From the NCBI GenBank assembly GCA_051868045.1, contig JBJDZN010000078.1, positions 1 to 54,334 on the forward strand: a stretch of DNA of 54,334 bases, read 5' to 3'. The notes under the pieces were generated by a model that saw only the letters and a list, made by a program, of their open reading frames with translations, searched no databases and was not told the DNA's origin. Positions 8,186 through 17,347 of the stretch are shown piece by piece (the first letter of the stretch is position 1; the number at the start of each line of letters is the position of its first letter). This DNA is from Eubacteriales bacterium (lineage in GTDB: Bacteria > Bacillota > Clostridia > Oscillospirales > CAG-272). The translations under genes were made by a program, and so were the position numbers.

Positions 8186-9151
8186 ATGTATTATTTCGGT
8201 ATTGACCTTGGCGGAACCAATATTGCCGCCGGAATCGTTGATGAAAACTATCATATTCTGAAGAAGGGCAGCATTCCTACCCTTGCTACCCGTCCCACCG
8301 ACGAGATTGCAAAGGATATGGCGGATCTGTGCCTGTCCCTTGCCAATGAAATGGGCATTTCGGTGTCCGACATTGAGGCTTGCGGAATCGCATCCCCCGG
8401 AACCTGCAACAGCGAGACCGGTGTTGTGGAATTTTCCAATAACATTCCCATGAATTTCTACCCTATGGTTGAGAAAGTCGGCGGCTATCTGGGCATGAAG
8501 AAGGTCTATCTTGACAATGATGCCAACGCAGCGGCACTGGCAGAGGCACTGGCAGGTGCGGCAAAGGGTGCCAAGAATGCCGTGATGGTTACGCTCGGCA
8601 CGGGCGTCGGCGGCGGAATCATTATCGACGGCAAGATCTATTCCGGCAGTAACCACGCCGGTGCGGAGCTTGGACATATGGTCATCGAGAAGGACGGCAA
8701 ACCCTGTACCTGCGGCAGAAGGGGCTGTTGGGAGGCATATTCTTCGGCAACCGGTCTGATCAACATGACCCGTGAGAAGATGCTGGAGACCAAGGACACC
8801 GTTATGTGGGAGCTTTGCGACTTCGATCTTGCCAGAATCAGCGGCAGAACGGCGTTCAATGCCATGAAGCTGCATTATGATAAGGCAGGCAAAGAGGTCT
8901 GCGACCGCTATATCTCTTACCTGGCAACCGGTATTGCCAATCTGATAAACATTTTCCAGCCTGAGGTGATCTGCATCGGCGGCGGTGTATGCAACGAGGG
9001 CGATCCCCTGTTCGTACCCCTTCGTGAGCAGGCGATGAAGGAGGACTTTGCCAGAAACGGAAACGTCCATCCCAGAATCGTCAAGGCAGCACTGGGCAAC
9101 GATGCCGGAATCATCGGTGCCGCTGCACTGGGTATGCCTCAGCAGGCATAA
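8186..9151 (+). CDS. glcK: ROK-family glucokinase
   Basis: 321 aa with GIDLGGTNIAAG ATP-binding motif, GAELGHM and the ROK zinc motif CTCGRRGCWEAY. Confidence 0.9.
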   Translation: MYYFGIDLGGTNIAAGIVDENYHILKKGSIPTLATRPTDEIAKDMADLCLSLANEMGISVSDIEACGIASPGTCNSETGVVEFSNNIPMNFYPMVEKVGGYLGMKKVYLDNDANAAALAEALAGAAKGAKNAVMVTLGTGVGGGIIIDGKIYSGSNHAGAELGHMVIEKDGKPCTCGRRGCWEAYSSATGLINMTREKMLETKDTVMWELCDFDLARISGRTAFNAMKLHYDKAGKEVCDRYISYLATGIANLINIFQPEVICIGGGVCNEGDPLFVPLREQAMKEDFARNGNVHPRIVKAALGNDAGIIGAAALGMPQQA

Positions 9152-9276
9152 AGCAATTGTGACGGTTTGCGCCCGTGATGAATTTACCGTATGCCCGAAT
9201 GGGTCGATGCGGCAAAGGGGCAAAAGCCAATCTGCGTAAAACAGCAACGAAAATCGGACTGTCCGTAAAAATGAAG

Positions 9277-9328
9277 ACAGAGTCGGGAGTGGCGTTTTGA
9301 ACTGCTTCCGACTCTGTTTTTGATTTTT
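9277..9328 (+). terminator. Intrinsic terminator after glcK
   Basis: ACAGAGTCGG...CCGACTCTGT stem followed by TTTTTGATTTTT. Confidence 0.8.
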
Positions 9329-9350
9329 GACGGGTTACCTTTTTTTACCC

Positions 9351-9379
9351 TTGACATTGCTCCAAACCTGTGCTAAAAT
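9351..9379 (+). promoter_or_regulatory. Sigma-A promoter for the CAP-domain protein gene
   Basis: TTGACA (9351-9356), 17-nt spacer ending TGC, TAAAAT (9374-9379). Confidence 0.7.
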
Positions 9380-9447
9380 AAAGGGGTCCGTTGAGACATC
9401 AATTTTTCGGCGGGAGCGTATTTCCGACCGGATGAAAGGAGTATTTT

Positions 9448-10791
9448 ATGAATAAACACAAGACTTTCACAAGATTTTCAGCACTGCTGTTGATCCTTTG
9501 TATGGCAGTCTCCATGCTTACGCCCGGCGTGTTGGCATCCGAGAGCGATGAGGTGACGGTAGACCTTGCCGTGACCTACGGTCAGACCGAGGCAAGATAC
9601 ATGCTGGAAATGGTAAACGAATTCCGAACCGGCGATGAGGCATGGGCATGGAACTCGGACAACACCGAGAAAGTGGAGTATCCGAATCTTTCCGGACTGG
9701 TCTATGACTATGAACTTGAGAAGATCGCCATGCAGCGTGCGGCGGAGATTGCGATCAGCTTCAGCCATACCCGCCCGGACGGAACTTCGTGCTGGACCGC
9801 CTATACCGGTGGTTATCGGTCGGTAGGAGAGAATATTGCCGCCGGATATGCAACGGCAGAAGCTGTATTTGAAGGATGGAAGGAGACAAACGAGTCCTAC
9901 AGCGGTCAGGGTCACCGGAGAAATATGTTGAACACCGGTTTCACGGCGATCGGTATCGGTCATGTGGTATATAACGGGGTTCATTACTGGGTTCAGGAAT
10001 TCAGAAGTCCCACATCTACGGCAACGGATGAAGGGGTCAACGATTCTGCCGCTACGGTGAAGGTGAATATTTCCGCCTCTCAAGCAAGCTCGCTGACTGC
10101 GGCAGTTTCCGAAAGTCAGATCAGCCTGAGCGTTGGGGATGAGATTGCGGCACCCTGTGCCAATGTGACCGCCGTCATGACAAACGGCTGGCCGAAAAAC
10201 ACCTTTTCACTTACTTCCACTGTCGATTGGAGCGTAGGGGATTCCACCATCCTTCAAGTGACTGACAATCAGACGCTGGTCGGCTTAAAGGCGGGAACTA
10301 CGACGCTCAGCGCAACGGTATTGGGTGAGACGTTGACGGTGGCGGTGACGGTGGACGCCGTTGTCCCCAAATTTTCTCTTGGAACGGTGAATGAAAGCAC
10401 AGGCACTCTTTCCACCGGCGACCATTCTGCCTTCCTGTCCACACGTTCTGACACGGAAAGCGGTACCTTCGATCTGCGGCTGATTCTGGTGTCTGAGGAA
10501 AGCCATATTCAGACAGGCGATGTCGTAGAGATTGTCTTTGACAGCGCGGAAACAGATCATACTTATCAGCGTACCATCTCCGATGAGTACATTCAGGGAA
10601 GCACGATGAAGCTCTATCAGCAGGTTTCTGCCGCCGGTGTGATCTACACCGCAGAGTCAGGCTGTGTGATTTATGGCGTGGTTGTCACTGGGATTCCCGC
10701 AAATGGTTTTGACTCGGTTACGGTGACCGTCTACCGTGACGGCGAAGCGATTGTCACCGGGACTGCCTCCTATGATGACATGATAAGATAA
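9448..10791 (+). CDS. Secreted CAP (SCP/PR-1-like) domain protein with Ig-like (Big_2-type) and C-terminal beta-rich domains
   Basis: Signal peptide (FSALLLILCMAVSMLTPGVLASE). CAP core: IAMQRAAEIAISFSHTRPDG...GENIAAGY...GWKETNESYSGQGHRRNMLNTGFTAIGIGHV. Big_2-like stretch: ILQVTDNQTLVGLKAGTTTLSATVLGETLTVAVTV. Confidence 0.85.
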   Translation: MNKHKTFTRFSALLLILCMAVSMLTPGVLASESDEVTVDLAVTYGQTEARYMLEMVNEFRTGDEAWAWNSDNTEKVEYPNLSGLVYDYELEKIAMQRAAEIAISFSHTRPDGTSCWTAYTGGYRSVGENIAAGYATAEAVFEGWKETNESYSGQGHRRNMLNTGFTAIGIGHVVYNGVHYWVQEFRSPTSTATDEGVNDSAATVKVNISASQASSLTAAVSESQISLSVGDEIAAPCANVTAVMTNGWPKNTFSLTSTVDWSVGDSTILQVTDNQTLVGLKAGTTTLSATVLGETLTVAVTVDAVVPKFSLGTVNESTGTLSTGDHSAFLSTRSDTESGTFDLRLILVSEESHIQTGDVVEIVFDSAETDHTYQRTISDEYIQGSTMKLYQQVSAAGVIYTAESGCVIYGVVVTGIPANGFDSVTVTVYRDGEAIVTGTASYDDMIR

Positions 10792-10804
10792 TGTAGAAAA
10801 TCAA

Positions 10805-10846
10805 AATGCGTGTTGCAGAATGTCTCTGCAACACGCATTTGTTTTA
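10805..10846. terminator. Bidirectional intrinsic terminator between the CAP gene and the sugar cluster
   Basis: AATGCGTGTTGCAG / CTGCAACACGCATT perfect 14-bp stem, flanked by an A-run upstream and TGTTTTATT downstream. Confidence 0.85.
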
Positions 10847-10857
10847 TTGTCGGGGGA

Positions 10858-11754
10858 TCAGACTTCGTTCCAGATTCTCTTCATGTTGGCGAAGGAAACC
10901 ATGGTACCGTAGTCGCATTCCTCCATGCCCTCATACTCCAGGAAGATGTTGCCGTCATAGCCGCTCTTCTTGATGGTGGACATGATGTCCCAGATGTCCA
11001 GATCGCCCTGAGCCAGGATGGAACCCCGCAGATAGCGTCCGTTGGAGGAACGGAACCAGCTGTTCTCGCAGTCGAACTGCGCCGCATCACCGGGATTGCG
11101 GTTCTCGGGACGGACGTAGAAGTCCTTCATGTGGATGGTCTTGGCAAAGCCGATCATCTTCTTGACGGCAATTTCGGGAATGTCGTCTACACAGATGTAG
11201 TTGCCCACGTCAAGCTGGTGTCCGAAGTTTTCCCGCTTGACCGAGGTCATGATCTGGCGGACCCGCTCGGAGCCGTTGGCATGGAAGCCGTGGTTCTCCA
11301 TGAGAATGGTCATGCCGTATTTGGCGGCATAGTCGCACAGTTCCTCATAAGCACCGATGATGACGGGAACCTCCTTTTCGAAGTTCTCGATGGTGTTTTC
11401 CGAAATGGGTCTGCGGAAGGAGGCAGAGTCTACACGGAAGGTGGGAATTCCCATTTCGTGGGCGGCGTCCATGTGCCGCTTGGCTCTTTCCATCTGCGCC
11501 GCATACTCCTCAGGGGTGATCAGAAGAAAGTTGGCGTTCAGGGAATAGTTTTCGATGGGGACTCCGGACTTTTCGGAGGCTTCCATCAGAGCTTTCCGTA
11601 CCTCGGGATCGGTGGAAATGTCAAATCCGAAGGGAACCAGTTCCACTACCTCTGCGCCGATTTCAACCAGACGGTTAAACGCCTGTACGGGAGTCAGTTC
11701 TCCGGAGCAGACCTTTCTGGTCAGACAATAAATAGATGTGCCGAATTTGGGCAT
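10858..11754 (-). CDS. Sugar phosphate isomerase/epimerase (xylose isomerase-like TIM barrel), paralogue 1
   Basis: 298 aa with RBS GGAAAGGAA. It has the TIM-barrel pattern with ...ILMENHGFH..., ...TIHMKDF... and ...IFLEYEG... metal-ligand-type motifs. Confidence 0.8.
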   Translation of the reverse strand: MPKFGTSIYCLTRKVCSGELTPVQAFNRLVEIGAEVVELVPFGFDISTDPEVRKALMEASEKSGVPIENYSLNANFLLITPEEYAAQMERAKRHMDAAHEMGIPTFRVDSASFRRPISENTIENFEKEVPVIIGAYEELCDYAAKYGMTILMENHGFHANGSERVRQIMTSVKRENFGHQLDVGNYICVDDIPEIAVKKMIGFAKTIHMKDFYVRPENRNPGDAAQFDCENSWFRSSNGRYLRGSILAQGDLDIWDIMSTIKKSGYDGNIFLEYEGMEECDYGTMVSFANMKRIWNEV

Positions 11755-11843
11755 TGAAAGTCATTCCTTTCCGTTCGTTTCATATTTTTTCATTTCATTT
11801 TCGCTTTCGTTTGTGCCGGAACCGGCACAAACTGACGGTTTTA

Positions 11844-12914
11844 TCAGATGTCCGTATGAATGGCATCGCCGGTGCGGGCGGATTCAAATGCCGCCTCCAT
11901 AACCCGCATAACCCGAAGGGCTTCTTCCGGCTTGATTTTCAATTCTGCGCCCTCGATGGCATCCACAAGCTGGAAATAGGTGGGGTCCAGATTGTCGGTC
12001 ACGTCGGTGGGAGCGGACAGCTCGATGGTCTCTACCGTGGAGGGATCCCGCTTTGCCATGGTCTTGGAGGGACCCGAACGGTCGGCGGGAATTTCCACCG
12101 TCCATTCATTCTGCGCCCGAAGAGGACGCACGATCCGACCGGCGCAGGACCAGTCGTCGATCTGAAGGGTACCGCCGGTTCCCAGAACGTACCATCTGGG
12201 ATGCAGGATGAAGTTGTTGGTGGATACCTCAATGTGGGCGGTCAGACCGTCGGACATTGTCATAGTCAGACGGAAATTGTCCTCCACCTCCGGGTAGTTG
12301 ATCGAGTACATCTTGCAGAAGACGTTTTTCACCTTCGCATCGCTCATGTAGAGAATCTGGTCGATGAGATGCACACCCCAGTCCAGCATCATGCCGCCGC
12401 CCTGAGCCTTGTTGCATCGCCAGCCTTCAGGCATTCCACGGGAGCCTTCCACACGGGATTCGATGACATAGGGTTTACCGATCAGCCCCGCCTCAAGCCG
12501 GCGGCGCATCAGGACATAGTCCCGGTTGACTCTGCGGTTCTGGTCAATAGTGAAGACCTTTCCGGTTTCCTTTGCCACAGCCATGACCTCCAGAAGCTCT
12601 TCCGACGACATGGTGACGGGCTTCTCGCACAGAACGTGCTTGCCATGACGGAGGGCATCCTTGCAGATTTCGGCGTGGGTTTCGTTGGTGGTGGCGACCA
12701 GTACGATGTCGATTTCGGGATCAGAAAGCAGTTCCTCCCGGGAGCTGTAGAGGAACAGCCCCTTTTCCTTTGCCGCATCCATGCGGGCGGGATTTATGTC
12801 AAAAACTCCCTTGATCCGCACTCTTGTGTTGCCTTTGGTCAGCTGGGTGTAATGATGACCTGCCATGCCGCCGAATCCGATCATGCCCAACTTGTAGATT
12901 TTTTGCGTTTCCAT
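11844..12914 (-). CDS. Gfo/Idh/MocA-family NAD(P)-dependent oxidoreductase
   Basis: N-terminal Rossmann motif LGMIGFGGMAGHH and the EKP motif (HVLCEKP). I preferred the ATG at 12914 to the TTG at 12920. Confidence 0.85.
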   Translation of the reverse strand: METQKIYKLGMIGFGGMAGHHYTQLTKGNTRVRIKGVFDINPARMDAAKEKGLFLYSSREELLSDPEIDIVLVATTNETHAEICKDALRHGKHVLCEKPVTMSSEELLEVMAVAKETGKVFTIDQNRRVNRDYVLMRRRLEAGLIGKPYVIESRVEGSRGMPEGWRCNKAQGGGMMLDWGVHLIDQILYMSDAKVKNVFCKMYSINYPEVEDNFRLTMTMSDGLTAHIEVSTNNFILHPRWYVLGTGGTLQIDDWSCAGRIVRPLRAQNEWTVEIPADRSGPSKTMAKRDPSTVETIELSAPTDVTDNLDPTYFQLVDAIEGAELKIKPEEALRVMRVMEAAFESARTGDAIHTDI

Positions 12915-12962
12915 TTTCAAGTACCTGTTTGTTTCTTATTTATAGGTTGAATCGGCGTAAAC

Positions 12963-13928
12963 TCAGAACCAATATGCCTTTCCTGCGGTTTCGCAGATCA
13001 AGACGTCCTTCAGGAAGGCAATGGCCTTCTCAAGACCTTCCTTGTTGGACATAAGCCCATCCTCGTGCTCGATGGAGATGGCTCCGTCGTAGCCCACGGT
13101 CTTGAGGGCGGAGATAATGCGGTTCCATTCCAGCTTGTCGTGACCGTAGCCCACGGTACGGAAGACCCATGCACGGTTCTCGATGTCGCCGTAGGACTTG
13201 GTGTCCAGAACACCGTTGACCTCTGTGTTTCGCTTGTCGATCAGGGTGTCCTTGGCGTGGAAGTGATAGATCGCACCCTTCAGTGCCTTGATCGCCGCCG
13301 CAGGATCAATGCCCTGCCAGAACAGATGGGAGGGATCGAAGTTGGCTCCGATGATGTCGCCGACGGCGGCACGGAGTCTTAAAAGGGTTTCGGGATTGTA
13401 GACCACGAAGGAGGGGTGCATCTCAAAGGCAATGTGCTTGATGTGGTGGCTCTCGGCGAATTTTGCCATATCCTTCCAGTAGGGGATGACCTTGGTGTTC
13501 CACTGCCAGTCGAGAATCTTCAGATTGTCGTCGGGCCAGGGGCAGACCACCCAGTTGGGGTAGATCGAGTTGTCGCAGTCGCCGGGGCAGCCGGAAAATC
13601 CGACTACGGTCTCAACACCCAGTGCCTCTGCGGCAAGGATGGCGTTGCGGAACTGACGGTCATAGTCTTCGGCAAGTTTGCGGTTGGGATGCAGGGGATT
13701 GCCGTGGCAGGAAATTGCCGAAATTTCAATGTCATACTTGTCGAGGAGTGCCCTGTAATTTTTCACTGCCTCGGGAGACGCCAACAATTCCTCAGGTTTC
13801 AGATGTGCGTTGCCGGGATAGCCGCCTGCGCCGATCTCGATCTGAGCCACACCCAGAGAGTGCAGATAACGGAGGGCGTCCTCAAAGGACATATCCGCCA
13901 GTACGGGATTCATAACACCCAGTTTCAT
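12963..13928 (-). CDS. Sugar phosphate isomerase/epimerase (xylose isomerase-like TIM barrel), paralogue 2
   Basis: 321 aa with RBS GAAAGGAA. Motifs IAFEMHP, YHFHAKD and ISIEHED are typical of the AP-endonuclease-2/xylose-isomerase-like fold. Confidence 0.82.
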   Translation of the reverse strand: MKLGVMNPVLADMSFEDALRYLHSLGVAQIEIGAGGYPGNAHLKPEELLASPEAVKNYRALLDKYDIEISAISCHGNPLHPNRKLAEDYDRQFRNAILAAEALGVETVVGFSGCPGDCDNSIYPNWVVCPWPDDNLKILDWQWNTKVIPYWKDMAKFAESHHIKHIAFEMHPSFVVYNPETLLRLRAAVGDIIGANFDPSHLFWQGIDPAAAIKALKGAIYHFHAKDTLIDKRNTEVNGVLDTKSYGDIENRAWVFRTVGYGHDKLEWNRIISALKTVGYDGAISIEHEDGLMSNKEGLEKAIAFLKDVLICETAGKAYWF

Positions 13929-13970
13929 ATGCGTAATTCCTTTCGATTTGTCAGATTTTAGTGAAATCGG

Positions 13971-14798
13971 TCAGATGCCCAGCGAGCGCAGATACTCTCT
14001 GGACTGTCTTGCCGCCTCGATGGAGGAAAGTTCATAGGACTGATCCTGTTCGACAATCACATAGTCGATGCCCACGTCCTCGGCTGCGGCGAGAATGGCA
14101 GGGAAGTCCTGAAGTCCCTGTCCCACGGGAACGAAACGGAAGCCGTTGTCCTCCTTGGAAACAGGCTCGGATGTCTTGCCACTGTCGTCGATCAGGGCAT
14201 AAACCGGACCCTGTGCCATCTTCTTGCAGACAAAATCCTTCAGATGGAGGGTTTTCATCTTGCCGATGTATTTTCTGAGGAACTCGCAGGGATCCACCCC
14301 TGCATAGCGTACCCAGCAGGTATCCACTTCGCCCTCGATTTTGTCGCCCATGGCGGCATAAATCTGCTCCAGAATGGGCTTTCCGTCCATCATCTGGAAC
14401 TCGAAATCATGATTGTGATAGGTCAGACGGATGCCCGACTTTGCCAGCAGATCGCTGACCTTTTTGAACATCTCAATGGTGGACTCAAATCTGCCGTCCC
14501 GGTAGTTTTCAATGCCGTACCAGGGGATAGCGCAGTATTTTGCACCGATGGTGGTCAGATAGTCCACTGCCTCCTGACCCTGTTCCATGAAGAGATCGGG
14601 TCCCTGATGGACCGAAATGCAGACAAGACCAAGCTCATCCAGCATGGAGCGGACCTCTTTTGCGGTGTGACCGAAGTAACCGGCAAATTCAACGTAGTCA
14701 TAACCGATTTCCTTGACCGCCTTCAGCGTGCCGAAGAAATCCTTCTCCATTTCATCCCGAACCGAGTAGAGCTGGAGACCGACTTTGAATGGTTTCAT
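13971..14798 (-). CDS. Sugar phosphate isomerase/epimerase (xylose isomerase-like TIM barrel), paralogue 3
   Basis: 275 aa with LTYHNHDFEF, TLHLKDF and YVIVEQD motifs. Confidence 0.82.
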   Translation of the reverse strand: MKPFKVGLQLYSVRDEMEKDFFGTLKAVKEIGYDYVEFAGYFGHTAKEVRSMLDELGLVCISVHQGPDLFMEQGQEAVDYLTTIGAKYCAIPWYGIENYRDGRFESTIEMFKKVSDLLAKSGIRLTYHNHDFEFQMMDGKPILEQIYAAMGDKIEGEVDTCWVRYAGVDPCEFLRKYIGKMKTLHLKDFVCKKMAQGPVYALIDDSGKTSEPVSKEDNGFRFVPVGQGLQDFPAILAAAEDVGIDYVIVEQDQSYELSSIEAARQSREYLRSLGI

Positions 14799-14971
14799 AA
14801 ATATAACCCTACCTTTCCGCTTTTCTGCCGGAAACCGGCAGAAAGCAACCTGAAAATGATCCCAATTTTCTTTTCCATGGGAATCGGAAATTCTGATGAC
14901 CGTCAGAAATTTTCACAAGGCTTCCTTTCTTCCTGTGTATGGCAGAAACCCTGTTCCTGACGGAGTCTGAA

Positions 14972-15002
14972 ACAGGGCTTCGGGCGAAAACCGAAGCCCT
15001 GT
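14972..15002 (-). terminator. Strong hairpin directly after the 15010-16191 oxidoreductase gene (possible partial terminator or processing site)
   Basis: On the minus strand: CAGGGCTTCGG-TTTTCGC-CCGAAGCCCTG followed by TTTCAG. The stem is perfect but the U-tract is weak. A second hairpin (TTCTGCCGG-TTT-CCGGCAGAA) lies at 14823-14843. Confidence 0.5.
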
Positions 15003-15009
15003 CAAAGTT

Positions 15010-16191
15010 TTATACCTCGGGAATTTCGATTTCGATCTCGTGACCGCACTCGGAGGAGCGGACGATACCGTCGATGATTGCCTGATTGTACAGAATCTGA
15101 GAGGAGGGAACAGGAGAGGAGCCGCCATTCTTGATGGCATCCAGGAAGGAACGGATCTTGAGATAGAACTCGCCCTCACGGGTGTTCTCCAGCATGGGAA
15201 TTTCCCAGCAGACCTCAGTGGTGGAGTTGGGCAGTGTGCGGTAAATCTTCATGGGTCCGCCGATAGAGCCGTTCCAGCACTCGGTGGAAGGAATGCGCAG
15301 ACCTGCTTTGGTACCCAGAATCAGGGTATCGCCTGCGGTGTCCATGTTCATTGCCCAGGAAATACGGAAATCAAGGAAGATTCCGCCCTCCAGACGGATG
15401 AATCCGCCTGCGAAGTCGTCAACGCCGAACAGATCGGCGTACTCTGCGGGCTTGCCCTCAGCCGTCCAGTAGGAGGGATCCTTGCCGAAGTAGTCGGTCT
15501 TGAAGCCGGTCACGGTCAGGGGCTTCGGATAGCCCAGAGCATTCAGGCACATATCCAGCGAATAGCATCCGATGTCTGCCATGGCACCGATACCTGCGGT
15601 CTTTTCCTCGATGAAGGAGGTTCCGAAGGGGGTAGGAATGCCTCTGCGGCGACCGCCGCCGGTCTGGATGTAGTAAACCTTACCCAGCTCGCCCGACTGG
15701 ACGATTTTTTTCAGCATCTGCATGTTGGGATTGAACCGGGGCTGGAATCCGATGGACAGGATCTTGCCCGACTTCTTCTCGGCACGCATAACCTCAACCG
15801 CCTCGTCAACGGTAACGGTGAAGGGCTTCTCCAGAAGCACGTTCACTCCATGTTCCAGTGCGTCGATGGCGCAGGGAGCGTGCTGACGGTTGTAGGTGCA
15901 GATGGATACGGCATCCAGATCGGGCTCTGCCTCCAGCATTTCGTGACCGGAGAGATAGCAACGGCAGTCGGGATTGCCCCAGTCCTTCATGAACTGTGCT
16001 GCCTTTCCGGGAACCAGATCGGCGGCCGCAACGATCTCAACGTCGGGCATCTTTTTGTACTCCGACATATGGGCTCCTGCGATCCAGCCGGTTCCGATAA
16101 TGCCGACTTTCAGTTTTTTGTCGGCGGTGATGACCTTTTCCTGCTGGTTTTCCTTGAAAGCATCAAGGCTTGAAACGGTTTTTGCGCTCAT
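15010..16191 (-). CDS. Gfo/Idh/MocA-family NAD(P)-dependent oxidoreductase
   Basis: Rossmann motif VGIIGTGWIAGAHM and EKP motif (VLLEKPF). AAAGGAGA abuts the ORF-track ATG at 16197, so the ATG at 16191 (MSAKTV...) has the proper spacing. Confidence 0.85.
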   Translation of the reverse strand: MSAKTVSSLDAFKENQQEKVITADKKLKVGIIGTGWIAGAHMSEYKKMPDVEIVAAADLVPGKAAQFMKDWGNPDCRCYLSGHEMLEAEPDLDAVSICTYNRQHAPCAIDALEHGVNVLLEKPFTVTVDEAVEVMRAEKKSGKILSIGFQPRFNPNMQMLKKIVQSGELGKVYYIQTGGGRRRGIPTPFGTSFIEEKTAGIGAMADIGCYSLDMCLNALGYPKPLTVTGFKTDYFGKDPSYWTAEGKPAEYADLFGVDDFAGGFIRLEGGIFLDFRISWAMNMDTAGDTLILGTKAGLRIPSTECWNGSIGGPMKIYRTLPNSTTEVCWEIPMLENTREGEFYLKIRSFLDAIKNGGSSPVPSSQILYNQAIIDGIVRSSECGHEIEIEIPEV

Positions 16192-16227
16192 AAACATTCT
16201 CCTTTTTTTGTATATTTTCTCCAGTAG

Positions 16228-16256
16228 TTGACTTTTTCAAAAAATTATAGTATAAT
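16228..16256 (+). promoter_or_regulatory. Sigma-A promoter for the AraC-family regulator (divergent from the sugar cluster)
   Basis: TTGACT (16228-16233), 17-nt spacer, TATAAT (16251-16256). Confidence 0.65.
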
Positions 16257-16376
16257 ACTTTTCACAAGTCCATTATACCTTTTTGAAGATGGATTATCTA
16301 CCACTATCTTTACCATATCTTGAACAATTTTTACTTTTTGACTGGAATCAGAGAAAGAAGAGGCAGGGGGGTACGT

Positions 16377-17216
16377 ATGCGCAACGAAACCATATGGCTC
16401 AATGTTCCCGAAAGCAGGGTTCGGGTGGAGGAGTCGTTTGAAAACGGGGAAGGCAGAATCTGCGAGATGCACTACCACGATGAAATCGAACTGCTTCTGA
16501 TCCGTTCGGGGGCGGTGTCCTGTATCGTGGACGGCAAGGAATATCCGGCAAATGAGGGGGAGATTCTGGTTGTCAACTCCCGGGTTCCCCACTATACGGT
16601 GTCAAAGGCGAAGGGGTCCCGCTATCTTCTGCTTCAGTTCCGTATGGGTGAGTATCGGGAAGATGCCTTCCTGTCCGATCTGTACGCCTATCAGATCACC
16701 GGTCAGGTTCCCGCTCGGTCGCTGTCCGATCCCGCCATCGTTGATGCCATGGAGAAAATTCTTCGCGAATCCGACAGGCGGGAGCAGGCGTACAACTATG
16801 TGATCAAATCCTGCGTCTATCTCATCCTTGCCCGCCTGATCCGGCAGGAGGTTCTGCCCAATCCCGAAGAGAGCATCGATCGAACCGGTATCAAGCGGCT
16901 CCGTCCGGTGCTGGACTATATTGATAAGAACTACGCTGCCTCCATAACGCTGGAGGATGCAGGAGCCCTTCTGGGGCTCAATCCTTCCTATTTCTGCCGC
17001 CTCTTTCGTAGCGTGACCGGCTCTACCTTCACCGAATACCTGAATTATGTCAGAGTGAGGCATTCCGAAGTGCTTCTGCGCACCACCAATGAAAACATCA
17101 CTGCCGTGTCCATGGACGTGGGTTTTTCCTCGGTGACCTACTACAACCGGGTCTTCAAAAAGCTCATGAATTGCACTCCGTCCGTCTATCGCCAGCTTCG
17201 CTACCGCAATATCTGA
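16377..17216 (+). CDS. AraC-family transcriptional regulator (cupin sensor domain plus HTH)
   Basis: ATG at 16377 follows GGCAGGGGGG. The N-terminal cupin-like region includes MHYHDEIELLLIRSG. The C-terminal AraC HTH includes ITLEDAGALLGLNPSYFCRLFRSVTGSTFTEYLNYVRV...VGFSSVTYYNRVFKK. Confidence 0.9.
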   Translation: MRNETIWLNVPESRVRVEESFENGEGRICEMHYHDEIELLLIRSGAVSCIVDGKEYPANEGEILVVNSRVPHYTVSKAKGSRYLLLQFRMGEYREDAFLSDLYAYQITGQVPARSLSDPAIVDAMEKILRESDRREQAYNYVIKSCVYLILARLIRQEVLPNPEESIDRTGIKRLRPVLDYIDKNYAASITLEDAGALLGLNPSYFCRLFRSVTGSTFTEYLNYVRVRHSEVLLRTTNENITAVSMDVGFSSVTYYNRVFKKLMNCTPSVYRQLRYRNI

Positions 17217-17318
17217 CGGCAAATACCTGAATTTTTGAAAAGGGACAGGGGGTCATTCGACTTTTTTAATTTGTTGCTTTTGCACAAAAAAAAGAAGGAA
17301 TTTTAGGCAAGTCGCATC

Positions 17319-17347
17319 TTTACAAATCGCCCGATTTGTGGTAAAAT
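17319..17347 (+). promoter_or_regulatory. Sigma-A promoter for the cytochrome c operon
   Basis: TTTACA (17319-17324), 17-nt spacer ending TGG, TAAAAT (17342-17347). It would give a leader of about 175 nt before the ResB-like gene. Confidence 0.65.

Noticed and set aside
7661-9247. 528-aa ORF on the minus strand
   Set aside because: It lies antisense to mrnC and the well-supported ROK glucokinase. Its composition is low-complexity and R/A/G/C-rich with no motifs. This is a typical shadow ORF in GC-rich coding DNA.
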